In this document: piece after piece, positions 1 to 8,867 of the stretch
Layout of the letters: each line of letters begins with the position of its first letter
Numbering within the stretch: the stretch's first letter is position 1
Source: a virus
Lineage: Duplodnaviria; Caudoviricetes
Direction: 5' to 3' (one strand)
DNA length: 39,267 nt
IMG/VR virus record: IMGVR_UViG_3300025396_000033
Span: 1-39,267 of that record
Position numbers and translations under genes: made by a program
Notes under the pieces: model-generated
What the model was told of the DNA's origin: nothing
What the model saw: only the letters and a program-made list of their open reading frames with translations
The model's database searches: none

Positions 1-732
1 TCCAACAAAGGCGCCACCGGCAATGAATAAGATATCTTTGGTGTTAATCTCATTCATATCACTACCTGGATGCTTACGGCCACCTTGATTAGGAACACGG
101 CAATTAGTACCCTCAACGAGTTTTAGCAATGCTTGTTGAACACCCTCACCTGAAACGTCACGTGTGATACTCGATCCTTCGCTTTTACGTGCAATCTTGT
201 CAATCTCGTCAACAAAGATAATACCTCGCTCTGCTAGTTTAATGTCTCCGCCGGCTGCATTGACCAACATCGCAATCATAGATTCAACATCATCACCTAC
301 ATAACCAGCTTCGGTTAAACTGGTAGCGTCAGCGACTACAAAGGGCACTTTGAGAAATTTGGCTGCTGTCTTGGCAAGCAATGTTTTACCACTACCAGTT
401 GGTCCCACAATAAGAACATTTCCTTTTTGTATCTCTAAATCTTTAGGTGGTGTGTTGATACGTTTATAGTGATTAGCGATAGCAACACTCAACACCATTT
501 TAGCATCATCTTGTCCAATAACATGTTGATCCAAAAACTCTTTGATAGCTTCCGGATCGTAACTTGAATCAGTAGATGTTTCTTCTACCAATGTATCATC
601 TTCAACAAGATCACCGCATAGTTCTATGCAATCGCTACATATTGCGGCATTCTCGCCTACTACTAATTTTTTTACTGACTCTTTACTAGAGCCACAGAAA
701 CTGCAATGGTTAAGTTGTTTTTCATCGGTCAT
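1..732 (-). CDS. clpX: ClpX AAA+ unfoldase subunit (3' partial, runs off window)
   Basis: Not in ORF track; translated manually from ATG at 732. [14 protein letters not shown]...ICSDC (C4 zinc-binding domain), Walker [26 protein letters not shown], Walker [33 protein letters not shown]. Confidence 0.95.
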   Translation of the reverse strand, partial: MTDEKQLNHCSFCGSSKESVKKLVVGENAAICSDCIELCGDLVEDDTLVEETSTDSSYDPEAIKEFLDQHVIGQDDAKMVLSVAIANHYKRINTPPKDLEIQKGNVLIVGPTGSGKTLLAKTAAKFLKVPFVVADATSLTEAGYVGDDVESMIAMLVNAAGGDIKLAERGIIFVDEIDKIARKSEGSSITRDVSGEGVQQALLKLVEGTNCRVPNQGGRKHPGSDMNEINTKDILFIAGGAFVG

Positions 733-744
733 GTATTACTTATC

Positions 745-1773
745 TCAAAGAGTTTTGACTCTTTCATTTTTACAGTACTCGTCACTAACTACCTCTAACT
801 TAAGAGTTTCAGCAAGTCTAATTGCGTCAGCATTCTTGGGGAGCGGTAGCTCGGCAGTCCTGTAAATCGAATATCCAGTTTCATAACGTGATGGATTAGT
901 GATGTTGGGTCCATCTGCTAACCACTCAGGGATTGAACAGTTAATACTGATTGGATTGCCATTTATGTCAGATACAGTAAACATTACAGTAATACCAACA
1001 TCTAGGTAATCTCTAATTTTTGCGGCACGTGAATGGTCACTGAAAAAGAATCTATCTGTTTGACCTAACCACTTGTTACCAGGTGGATAGTATTGAACAA
1101 TAAACTTTTGTTGGTCAGCATAATTATTTTGACCATCTTGCAATATGTTAAGCATTTCCCTAAGCGCAATTGCATAGTTATTGTTCCAACTTAAACTATA
1201 AGAGACAGCGATAACCGGAGTTCGGTTAGCTCTCATTTTGAACTCAGTTGAAGTTCTTTTAACAATAAATGCATTTTTTGGAAAGTCACCCACAACTTCG
1301 TCAATGATTGCATCCCCTGTACTACGATCACGCATATAGGTTACATATTTTGCAGCCAACCTATCGCTTTGCAATGATTGTGCATCGCTCATTTTTCCTA
1401 ACAATCTATTAGCAATACGACTAGACCTAACAGACATGTCCATTTCTAATTCATACATACCATTAACTTGTTTGGTACTTAGAATAGTGTAATTGCTGAT
1501 GTACCCAGAACTATGTTTTAAGATATTGTCACGAATGAGTTTATTATCTTTTACCTCTGTGGTAGCTAGTAACACAGAACCAACTACATTTTCGATTGCT
1601 TTACTAAAGCACATGTCTTTTGCTTCTTCCATAGTAGGACCTTTGCATGTTGAATGCAATACTACGGAATTTACATGAACACCTTCTGTAGTTTTAACAG
1701 CGACTGGTGTTTGGTACGGTGTAGAAGCACATGCTGTAAGAAACAGCACTGCCAAATATGTTAAGTATTTCAT
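745..1773 (-). CDS. Lipoprotein, LPP20/FlgT-N-like domain
   Basis: Lipobox LTAC after a hydrophobic signal; EEAKDMCFSKAIENVVG...ILKHSSGYI resembles LPP20/FlgT-N domains (recognised by eye). Confidence 0.6.
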   Translation of the reverse strand: MKYLTYLAVLFLTACASTPYQTPVAVKTTEGVHVNSVVLHSTCKGPTMEEAKDMCFSKAIENVVGSVLLATTEVKDNKLIRDNILKHSSGYISNYTILSTKQVNGMYELEMDMSVRSSRIANRLLGKMSDAQSLQSDRLAAKYVTYMRDRSTGDAIIDEVVGDFPKNAFIVKRTSTEFKMRANRTPVIAVSYSLSWNNNYAIALREMLNILQDGQNNYADQQKFIVQYYPPGNKWLGQTDRFFFSDHSRAAKIRDYLDVGITVMFTVSDINGNPISINCSIPEWLADGPNITNPSRYETGYSIYRTAELPLPKNADAIRLAETLKLEVVSDEYCKNERVKTL

Positions 1774-2432
1774 CGGAACATGCGTTGTAGTTGTTCACTA
1801 CCACGACCACTGTCTTTGTCCCAACGAATTGTGACTTTAACAGTTTGACGATCAACCACGTCCTCGTCTTTGATGTAAAGACCTCGCAAGATACCTTGTG
1901 CTTGACTACGAATGGTTTCGTTCAATGTGCGAACAGTGTCATTGGTGTTTTCACGAATAGCGATGTTTGCATCTTTATCTGCCTCGTCATCACTCAATTC
2001 AACTGTATCAGTTTTGATTTTTGATTTGATATTGTCGTTGGCTTTTTCAACGTTCTTGGAAATTGTGTTGACCACACTTGTGCTTGAAATATCTTCACTG
2101 ATAAAGTGTCGTAGTTTTGCCTTAGCTTTCATTTCAGCAACTTTGAATGCGGTTTCTCGATTGTTTTCAGTGTTACCGTTACTAGTTGCGTAAGCAGTAA
2201 CTTCAATTGATTTGATATCACCTTTGACACAAACTGCATCAGTGACACCAAACATACCAGTACCAAATGCACAGTCCCATTCGAGTTTGACACCTTGACG
2301 TTTAAAGTTGGTGCTGAGTTTTTGACTTGTGATTGGTGTTAATGCGCCACTAGATTCACCACCTACTTTGGGTGCTGAACTGCAGGCAGTTAACATTACT
2401 GCAACCGCAATAGTTGAAAGGACACGTTTCAT
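1770..2432 (-). CDS. Lipoprotein, LPP20-like
   Basis: Lipobox LTAC; AEMKAKAKL...SQAQGILRG pattern; ATGA-coupled to the downstream lipoprotein. Confidence 0.6.
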   Translation of the reverse strand: MKRVLSTIAVAVMLTACSSAPKVGGESSGALTPITSQKLSTNFKRQGVKLEWDCAFGTGMFGVTDAVCVKGDIKSIEVTAYATSNGNTENNRETAFKVAEMKAKAKLRHFISEDISSTSVVNTISKNVEKANDNIKSKIKTDTVELSDDEADKDANIAIRENTNDTVRTLNETIRSQAQGILRGLYIKDEDVVDRQTVKVTIRWDKDSGRGSEQLQRMFR

Positions 2433-2464
2433 AAAAACCTCTGTGTGAGTTAAACAATGATGAT

Positions 2465-2493
2465 AGTATATGCGATTTTGGATTAATCAGCAA
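2465..2493 (-). promoter_or_regulatory. sigma70-like promoter
   Basis: TTGCTG-17 nt-TATACT upstream of the ATG at 2432. Confidence 0.55.
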
Positions 2494-2507
2494 GTTATTT
2501 TGGGCAA

Positions 2508-4094
2508 TTATTTGGACTGAATGTGATTTCTAATTGCTTCTTGTTCTTGGTCTGTGAGGATTTCAGGGTCATACTCACCTGTACTGATTTTGCCAACTAA
2601 GAAACTTAAGTATTCATCATTAGATAGGTATGCATCAGTTTGTTCTCTGTTTGTTTCAATCCACTGATTACCATTAAACTTAAAGACTTTATTTGGGATA
2701 GAATCAGTACGAATAAAGATATCACCCTTGATTGCGTCTACTGAAAAATTAGATCCAAACGAGACTTTAGGTTCTTTTGGTTGGTCAGCTTTCAAAAACA
2801 ATTCAGGATGCAATCCTTGAAGTGCTTCCATGCTCATGCGTTTACCGTTGTATAAGATATAATCAGAATCCATTGTACCTTGAATAGAAGGATGATCCAA
2901 ATATGCAGGACCAGTTTGTACCCATTCACCTGTTTCTAAATCTTTGATACCTTCAAATGGTGGAGTATCATCATTTTTCTTAGGAGTAATATCAATGATT
3001 TCAGGAATTTCTTCATCATGTAACTCTACTACTTCCATTACATCTTCATGTGGACTAGTTGCGACAACAGGAGTCAATTCTTTAAAATGTACAAAGGGTT
3101 GATTCAAGTATGGATGTAGTTCTAATATAGACTGTTCTTGTTCTTGTTCAGGCTTAGGCTCTAATTCTTTGAATGCTTCTTCCTCTTCATCAGTTACTTC
3201 CAATACTGATACATCTTGTTTGATTGGTTCTGCTAGTGCCTCTTCAAATTCATTAGACAATATATCAATTTCTTCCTGCGTATATGTTGTAGGTACCATA
3301 GTGTCATCTTCAACATCATCTTTGTCCCACTCTTTGCTTTGGTTAGCAGCAATTACTAACATAATCGCAAGAGGATCAAACACAACAACTAGTAAGATAA
3401 TAACCCAACGAACAGCACTTTCAAGCATAGTTTGACTTGCTTGGTCACCGTAAATCAATGCAGCAATGTACTTGATTGGACCCACTTCTGCTTCTGTTTT
3501 TCTAAACTCACTAGCGATAGGTGCTCGTTCTTCATTGAGTTTTTGAATTGTTGTGTTGGACACTTCAATATCTTTGAGAATACGTGCTCGTTCGGGTGCT
3601 TGTTGTTTACGAATAGCAACACTTCGTTCAACACTTCGCTCACTGTCACCCTTTGACATGATATCATTAACTTGCTGATCCATTTGTGACAACATAGCAC
3701 GGTCAGAACTAATGTTGTCTTTTTGTACTTTAATCTTTTCATCAAGCAATTGAACTTTGGCAGCAATGTCACCACTACCAATACCTTGATCCAAGTGTGC
3801 TTTACTTAAGAAACCAAAGATACCCATACTTGTTAATAGTGCGAGTAAAACAACGGCTGGCACTAGATAAATTTTCATAATCAATGCACAACGATGCCAG
3901 TACTTACGCAGCCAAACTGTTGTGGTGATTTTTGCAAGTTCAAGTGCTGAACCCATAATGATAATAGGCATGACTGCACCACTAAAGATTGCAGTCAAAC
4001 CAATAATACTATACCAAGCAGCAATTGTGCTTAGTGTTAATGCTACAAGTAACGCTCCGTTACTTAGTGAGAATATTCTTTTCAGTGTGTTCAT
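2508..4094 (-). CDS. Membrane protein with about 4 TM helices, coiled coil and acidic C-terminal region
   Basis: Three N-terminal hydrophobic helices, heptad-rich segment, fourth TM (VIILLVVVFDPLAIML), E/D-rich tail. Confidence 0.7.
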   Translation of the reverse strand: MNTLKRIFSLSNGALLVALTLSTIAAWYSIIGLTAIFSGAVMPIIIMGSALELAKITTTVWLRKYWHRCALIMKIYLVPAVVLLALLTSMGIFGFLSKAHLDQGIGSGDIAAKVQLLDEKIKVQKDNISSDRAMLSQMDQQVNDIMSKGDSERSVERSVAIRKQQAPERARILKDIEVSNTTIQKLNEERAPIASEFRKTEAEVGPIKYIAALIYGDQASQTMLESAVRWVIILLVVVFDPLAIMLVIAANQSKEWDKDDVEDDTMVPTTYTQEEIDILSNEFEEALAEPIKQDVSVLEVTDEEEEAFKELEPKPEQEQEQSILELHPYLNQPFVHFKELTPVVATSPHEDVMEVVELHDEEIPEIIDITPKKNDDTPPFEGIKDLETGEWVQTGPAYLDHPSIQGTMDSDYILYNGKRMSMEALQGLHPELFLKADQPKEPKVSFGSNFSVDAIKGDIFIRTDSIPNKVFKFNGNQWIETNREQTDAYLSNDEYLSFLVGKISTGEYDPEILTDQEQEAIRNHIQSK

Positions 4095-4100
4095 AATTTA

Positions 4101-4313
4101 TTATCTAAACTTCGGCGGATCACGCAACTCAAATAGATGACCGTATTTGTCCATAAAAATGTGAAGGGGCATTACTGTCTTTCTTGGTATAGATGAACCA
4201 TGAATATGACATGTAATAAATGGTACGTTTTCACGTATTTTAATTTGCATAACTTCTAACTTTACACCATCTGGGAAAGTATAAGTTTTACCTACGATAT
4301 CTGGAATGTCCAT
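4101..4313 (-). CDS. Hypothetical protein
   Basis: 70 aa ORF packed between neighbours. Confidence 0.6.
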   Translation of the reverse strand: MDIPDIVGKTYTFPDGVKLEVMQIKIRENVPFITCHIHGSSIPRKTVMPLHIFMDKYGHLFELRDPPKFR

Positions 4314-4320
4314 CTATTAT

Positions 4321-5826
4321 TTACTCATTTTCATAGACATTGAACTCACCCCATTGTCCACGCCAATTGTCGTGTTCACTATCCATACCCTCGTCATCAA
4401 GTTCAACTCCATCATACTCTAAACGGCTGATGATACAAGCACCCTCAACATCAACAGTTTTGTATCTAAACTTGCGAGGATCAAACTCTTGTCCTTCTTC
4501 AATAACAATCGTGGTTTGAATACAACTACCTTTGCCACCTTGTGTCCAAACAACAAATGTGCCAGTACCTAGATAACGCGGATACATCTCATCAATTTCT
4601 TCACTTGCATCCCAACGACTGTCATCATTACCGTGTGCTTCTGCAACAAAACCAGTAACATCACCGTTGAAGATTTCTACTCCATCTTGGTTAGTAATGG
4701 TCATGACTGTATCATCTTCATCGAAACCCCAAATCTGTTTAATATCATTCATGTCATAATATGGTTCCGTGAATCGTGCGTTTTCTGGAGTTTCATTTTC
4801 ATCATAGTCATAACTATCATTCAGTGCGTCACTCAGGTCATCACTGTGTTCCTCATCGCTCCAATAATCACATTGTGCCTTAGTGATTGTACCTACACCA
4901 ATTTCTCGTGTACGACCCCAAACACGAATTGTATACTCCCCTGTGGGATAGTTAGGAAGTTTTTCTGTTTCAGGTTGAGGACCTTCTTGTGGTCGTTGTG
5001 TTGGAAACGGAAATACTGCTTCTACTTCTTGTTCTTGTAATTCTTCATCACTAAGAGAAGTACCTTCAGATTCAATTAATTCATTAAACTCACGCTTGAG
5101 TTCTTCCAATGCATCTGCTAATTCTTTAGTACGGGTTTCATCATCTTCGCCGTCTTCCTCACGCATATCCATCATTACCCAACCTTCACCGCATGAAGGG
5201 CAATGATATTGACCACTCAATTCAGGCAGTTCGCTTTCTTTGTGTATTTCGCCACAGCTAAAACAAGGTACAGCCTCTTCTCTTTCTAATCTTTCTCTTG
5301 CCCAACGTGCTTCACGCTCTTTGCGTTCTTGTTCGTCTTTGATTCCTTCCTCAGTCAACTCAACATCACTGTCACACATAGGGCAAACATCTTTTTCACT
5401 ATGTGATTCTTCATCGGAAGAATAGTAATCTTCAATTACAGTACCATCTTCACGCAAATATTGAGTCAGTGTTGACCACTTTGATCCGGTCCAACGACAT
5501 TTAGTACACTTATGTGTTGGTTCAGGTTCTTTTTGTGGCTCTACCCAACTATCTTCGTCACCTAGTTCATAAGTAACATCGTATCCGCCTTTACGGTCAG
5601 TCCACCAATCATCGTATTGGCGTTCCCAATCAATGTCAATATCGTTGTTCCATGCTTCATTCATTACATCATCAATATCAACTTCACCATCAATGATTTG
5701 TTGAAGCAATGAAGCAATCTCATCCTCATCTAAGTCTGGATAGATTTCACTTAGTTTATCTTCATCTAGTTCATAAGCAAATTGACTATCAACTTGATGC
5801 CATTCATGTTTAACGATTGTGACCAT
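4321..5826 (-). CDS. Very acidic protein with two putative zinc ribbons
   Basis: CTKC/CPMC and CFSC/CPSC pairs; strongly D/E-rich; AAGGA RBS. Confidence 0.7.
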   Translation of the reverse strand: MVTIVKHEWHQVDSQFAYELDEDKLSEIYPDLDEDEIASLLQQIIDGEVDIDDVMNEAWNNDIDIDWERQYDDWWTDRKGGYDVTYELGDEDSWVEPQKEPEPTHKCTKCRWTGSKWSTLTQYLREDGTVIEDYYSSDEESHSEKDVCPMCDSDVELTEEGIKDEQERKEREARWARERLEREEAVPCFSCGEIHKESELPELSGQYHCPSCGEGWVMMDMREEDGEDDETRTKELADALEELKREFNELIESEGTSLSDEELQEQEVEAVFPFPTQRPQEGPQPETEKLPNYPTGEYTIRVWGRTREIGVGTITKAQCDYWSDEEHSDDLSDALNDSYDYDENETPENARFTEPYYDMNDIKQIWGFDEDDTVMTITNQDGVEIFNGDVTGFVAEAHGNDDSRWDASEEIDEMYPRYLGTGTFVVWTQGGKGSCIQTTIVIEEGQEFDPRKFRYKTVDVEGACIISRLEYDGVELDDEGMDSEHDNWRGQWGEFNVYENE

Positions 5827-5835
5827 AATTATTCC

Positions 5836-5991
5836 TTAGAGTTTGGATTTGACATAAGCAATTACTTCTTTTGCTTCTTTGTACTCACTCAATTCTAACA
5901 GAATATCCATAGCACTGTCAACAGCTTCTTGAAACTCTGGGTAATCTTGTCGCCATGTGATGCGATATAATTCATTTTCATCTGGGTTCAT
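5836..5991 (-). CDS. Hypothetical protein (51 aa)
   Basis: Manual ORF MNPDENELYRITW...VKSKL with AAGGA RBS; fills the gap. Confidence 0.6.
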   Translation of the reverse strand: MNPDENELYRITWRQDYPEFQEAVDSAMDILLELSEYKEAKEVIAYVKSKL

Positions 5992-6011
5992 TTCAAATTC
6001 CTTTTTAGGTT

Positions 6012-6212
6012 TCATTTTGTAAATCTGGGTATTCTTGCTTCAGTGCCAGCGTAGACAAAATTGTCCAACATTGGCAACAGTGATTCCAATTGATCGGATG
6101 GGCATCGCTCTACTAGTTTATGTTCACCTTCAACCAACATGTAGTAGAGAATCACAGTACCTTCTGCAAACTGTGGTTTGAAAATGTGTTCTAAATCTTC
6201 CAGTTGCATCAT
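6012..6212 (-). CDS. Hypothetical protein
   Basis: ATGA-coupled to upstream gene, GGAG RBS. Confidence 0.6.
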   Translation of the reverse strand: MMQLEDLEHIFKPQFAEGTVILYYMLVEGEHKLVERCPSDQLESLLPMLDNFVYAGTEARIPRFTK

Positions 6213-6424
6213 TCAACTCCGAAATGTTTCTTTAATTCAAGTGAATACATCTGTAGCATACGGTCGATATAAAATCGTGTACCGTTACCCGTATAATAAT
6301 GACAGTCACCTGTATGATAAGCCGGAGCCAATAAACCTACTTTTTCAGCAAGTTCTTTGAACTCTTTGTCCAGGTAAGGTTTATCCTGTTCAGCAAGTTG
6401 TCGAAATTTGTTAACATCGTTCAT
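6209..6424 (-). CDS. Small HFGVE-family paralog 1
   Basis: RQLAEQ near N-terminus, ends LKKHFGVE. Confidence 0.65.
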   Translation of the reverse strand: MNDVNKFRQLAEQDKPYLDKEFKELAEKVGLLAPAYHTGDCHYYTGNGTRFYIDRMLQMYSLELKKHFGVE

Positions 6425-6603
6425 TATTCAATTCCAAAATTTGGCGCACCACGATTTAACCGATATTGAATCTCATATAATTCATCAGAAAACGTAGACT
6501 TTTCAGTTTCGTCTTTTGAATTCTTAATCTTATTTTTTAATGAGGTTTCCTTATCTTTAAGTTCACTATAAATTTTAGCAATAGTTTTATCACGCTTGCT
6601 CAT
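6424..6603 (-). CDS. Hypothetical protein (59 aa)
   Basis: Manual ORF MSKRDKTIAK...NFGIE, coupled at both ends. Confidence 0.6.
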   Translation of the reverse strand: MSKRDKTIAKIYSELKDKETSLKNKIKNSKDETEKSTFSDELYEIQYRLNRGAPNFGIE

Positions 6604-6824
6604 TCTTTCACTCCGAAATGTTCTTTAATTAAATCTGAGGAAAGATAAGGTTCAGCCGAATCAGCGATATTAGCGCATTCCAATATAAGCAACTCGGCAA
6701 ACCGTTCAGCAAAGCAATCTGGAATATACATCTTCTGTAATTCCAAATTGGTGTATTCATCATCTCGAATATAGTCAACATCGCTGACGGCCTTGTCAAA
6801 AAGTTCTTGAATTCGTTTGTTCAT
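6600..6824 (-). CDS. Small HFGVE-family paralog 2
   Basis: MNKRIQEL...ERFAELLILECA...IKEHFGVKE. Confidence 0.7.
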   Translation of the reverse strand: MNKRIQELFDKAVSDVDYIRDDEYTNLELQKMYIPDCFAERFAELLILECANIADSAEPYLSSDLIKEHFGVKE

Positions 6825-6937
6825 TTCCCAGCCTTTGCATCATTATAACCAATCAGATAACCCATTACCAATGCAAACATCATACCCGCGATAGCAATCG
6901 CTGTACCAATGACAGGTCCCCAATCAAATTCTTTCAT
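6821..6937 (-). CDS. Small single-TM protein (38 aa)
   Basis: Manual ORF MKEFDWGPVIGTAIAIAGMMFALVMGYLIGYNDAKAGK, coupled at both ends. Confidence 0.55.
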   Translation of the reverse strand: MKEFDWGPVIGTAIAIAGMMFALVMGYLIGYNDAKAGK

Positions 6938-7362
6938 TACCAACACCACCAAAAAATAATTTGTTCATCGTTGGGGAAATGTTCAGTGACTACTTTACGC
7001 ATAGCAGTTACCAAATCATCTGTCCAGTTAGGATCAGTAGGCTTATATACTTGGACTGCCCATTCACGCAACTGTTCTTTACAGTAGTCCCATTCTTCGT
7101 CATCGTCATGTACTGGGAAATACACAGATTGGTAGCTATCGTTGCGTAGGCGTTCACCCCACAACTCTAAGTAGGCATGCCAATAGTTGCGATAGTCATT
7201 TGATTCTAATACACCCACCCACTTACCGTCTAAGAATGTGCCACCATGTAGTTCACGAAGTGGTTCAATACCTTTAGCAACAAGTAGTTCATTTAGATGT
7301 TTAAGTAGTTCTGGCTGAACATATTCCATCCAATCAAATGTGTCAACTGATTTGCTTTTCAT
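6937..7362 (-). CDS. Hypothetical Trp-rich protein
   Basis: 141 aa ORF, coupled, ends FWWCW. Confidence 0.65.
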   Translation of the reverse strand: MKSKSVDTFDWMEYVQPELLKHLNELLVAKGIEPLRELHGGTFLDGKWVGVLESNDYRNYWHAYLELWGERLRNDSYQSVYFPVHDDDEEWDYCKEQLREWAVQVYKPTDPNWTDDLVTAMRKVVTEHFPNDEQIIFWWCW

Positions 7363-7574
7363 TCTTCAACTCCGAAATGTTCTTTAATCGTTCGCACACA
7401 ACCATTAGCGGCACTACGAACATCACTCAAGCGGCTATCTTTGATAATAGCGTCAGCACATTCCCGCACAATCAACTCGGCGAACTTTTCCAATTCTTCT
7501 GAAAAATTGTCATCAGAATCGCCTCCCCACTCTTTCAACTTAGGGGTGAGTAGTTCCTTGATTCGTTCATTCAT
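7359..7574 (-). CDS. Small HFGVE-family paralog 3
   Basis: MNERIKEL...EKFAELIVRECA...IKEHFGVEE. Confidence 0.7.
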   Translation of the reverse strand: MNERIKELLTPKLKEWGGDSDDNFSEELEKFAELIVRECADAIIKDSRLSDVRSAANGCVRTIKEHFGVEE

Positions 7575-7912
7575 TCGTCATCCTCGTTATAAAAAACTTT
7601 TGTATGGTCAGTAATATTGTAGCCACTCAAACTTAGTTTGCTTCGTGTTGGAATATTACCTCGCACATATTCGTACTTGACAAACTTACCCAACTTGGCA
7701 TCAATCTCTGCTACAGTCTTTCCATGCCATCCTCTGCCAAGGATGTATTTGACTTTGACCCATTTGACATTGTTTTCGGGAGCACCTGTATATTGACTTT
7801 GAAAACTGTAATAGTCACTATGTCCACCACTCATTGAAGTGATGCTCAGTGGACGACACCAATCTTCTGGCTCAACAATGTCATCTTGCTCAAGTAGTTG
7901 AATGTTAATCAT
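7571..7912 (-). CDS. Hypothetical protein
   Basis: 113 aa coupled ORF. Confidence 0.65.
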   Translation of the reverse strand: MINIQLLEQDDIVEPEDWCRPLSITSMSGGHSDYYSFQSQYTGAPENNVKWVKVKYILGRGWHGKTVAEIDAKLGKFVKYEYVRGNIPTRSKLSLSGYNITDHTKVFYNEDDE

Positions 7913-8082
7913 ATAACAAATCCAATCAATAACCCTAGACTAAAAGTAACAACACTAACAAGAACTATCGCAAGTATTGCACCAGCATGACTATCCATTA
8001 ACTTCATAAATGGACTAAGTTCATCAAGCCAAGCATTCTCAATCTTAAGTTGTTCTAACTCTTTTTGTTCCCAATAGTTCAT
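7909..8082 (-). CDS. Small C-terminal TM protein (57 aa)
   Basis: Manual ORF MNYWEQKELEQ...AILAIVLVSVVTFSLGLLIGFVI, coupled at both ends. Confidence 0.6.
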   Translation of the reverse strand: MNYWEQKELEQLKIENAWLDELSPFMKLMDSHAGAILAIVLVSVVTFSLGLLIGFVI

Positions 8083-8510
8083 TAGTGTACCTGATGCGCT
8101 AACCGAGCAATTTCATTGATTAGATAAATCTTTGGTGCGAACCAAACCATAATAAAGGTATTAAGATGTGCTCCTGTTGTCACCAAACCTATAATACCGA
8201 TTACAAGTCCCCCGACAAAATATCCCGCTTCGTAATCATCACGATCAGACTTGGGCAACCAACGAAACCACATCAAAAATGCTAGTATTAAAAATGCAAT
8301 ACCAATCACTAGATAGACTGTGTTACTTGCTCGTCCATAAGCAACATATTGCATGGCAATATCGGGCACTTGATCTGCCGCAAATTGCGATGCTTTGTCA
8401 ACTGTTTTGCCTACGCTATCCATGATTGCATCAGCACGACTTAGTAATGCTTGTTGCAATGGTGTCAATGTCTCGGCTACTTGGTTCGCATTATTTTCAA
8501 CTGTACTCAT
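8082..8510 (-). CDS. Membrane protein (2 TM)
   Basis: Two hydrophobic helices; AAGGA RBS. Confidence 0.65.
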   Translation of the reverse strand: MSTVENNANQVAETLTPLQQALLSRADAIMDSVGKTVDKASQFAADQVPDIAMQYVAYGRASNTVYLVIGIAFLILAFLMWFRWLPKSDRDDYEAGYFVGGLVIGIIGLVTTGAHLNTFIMVWFAPKIYLINEIARLAHQVH

Positions 8511-8553
8511 TTTCTTTCCTTATTTGCCAGGGGTAATGTTTTATCTAAAGCCA

Positions 8554-8721
8554 TTATTTTGATTCCTCAAAGACATCACAATCGGCGTAATGATTGGCGG
8601 CGAATGCCCATGCTTCCTCCTCAGTGTCAAACCAAGCCACCGCCGTGCCCGCCCAACGCTCAGGACCAGTGCCATCCACATCGCCACCGTATTCAACTTC
8701 TCTAACAACGAATTGGGTCAT
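8554..8721 (-). CDS. Small early protein (55 aa)
   Basis: Manual ORF MTQFVVREVEYGGDVDG...FDTEEEAWAFA...; GGAG RBS directly behind a consensus promoter. Confidence 0.65.
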   Translation of the reverse strand: MTQFVVREVEYGGDVDGTGPERWAGTAVAWFDTEEEAWAFAANHYADCDVFEESK

Positions 8722-8753
8722 AACAACACTCCGTTTAGTGATTCAATACAAGT

Positions 8754-8782
8754 ATTATAGCACCATATCCATTTATTGTCAA
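8754..8782 (-). promoter_or_regulatory. Consensus sigma70 early promoter
   Basis: TTGACA-17 nt-TATAAT, perfect match. Confidence 0.9.
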
Positions 8783-8867
8783 CTTTTTGGCATAAATAAA
8801 AATGAGGGTCACGATGCGTCAACATCTACCCTCTCTAATGCTAAAGTATTACATAAGGAGCACCAGC

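Noticed and set aside
6209-7387. Possible CRISPR-like array from the repeated ACTCCGAAATGTT
   Set aside because: Spacing is hundreds of bp and irregular, and the repeats are ends of coding paralogs.
8507-8554. 15-codon ORF MALDKTLPLANKERK coupled at both ends
   Set aside because: Too short to support; may be only the RBS-containing spacer or a gene remnant.
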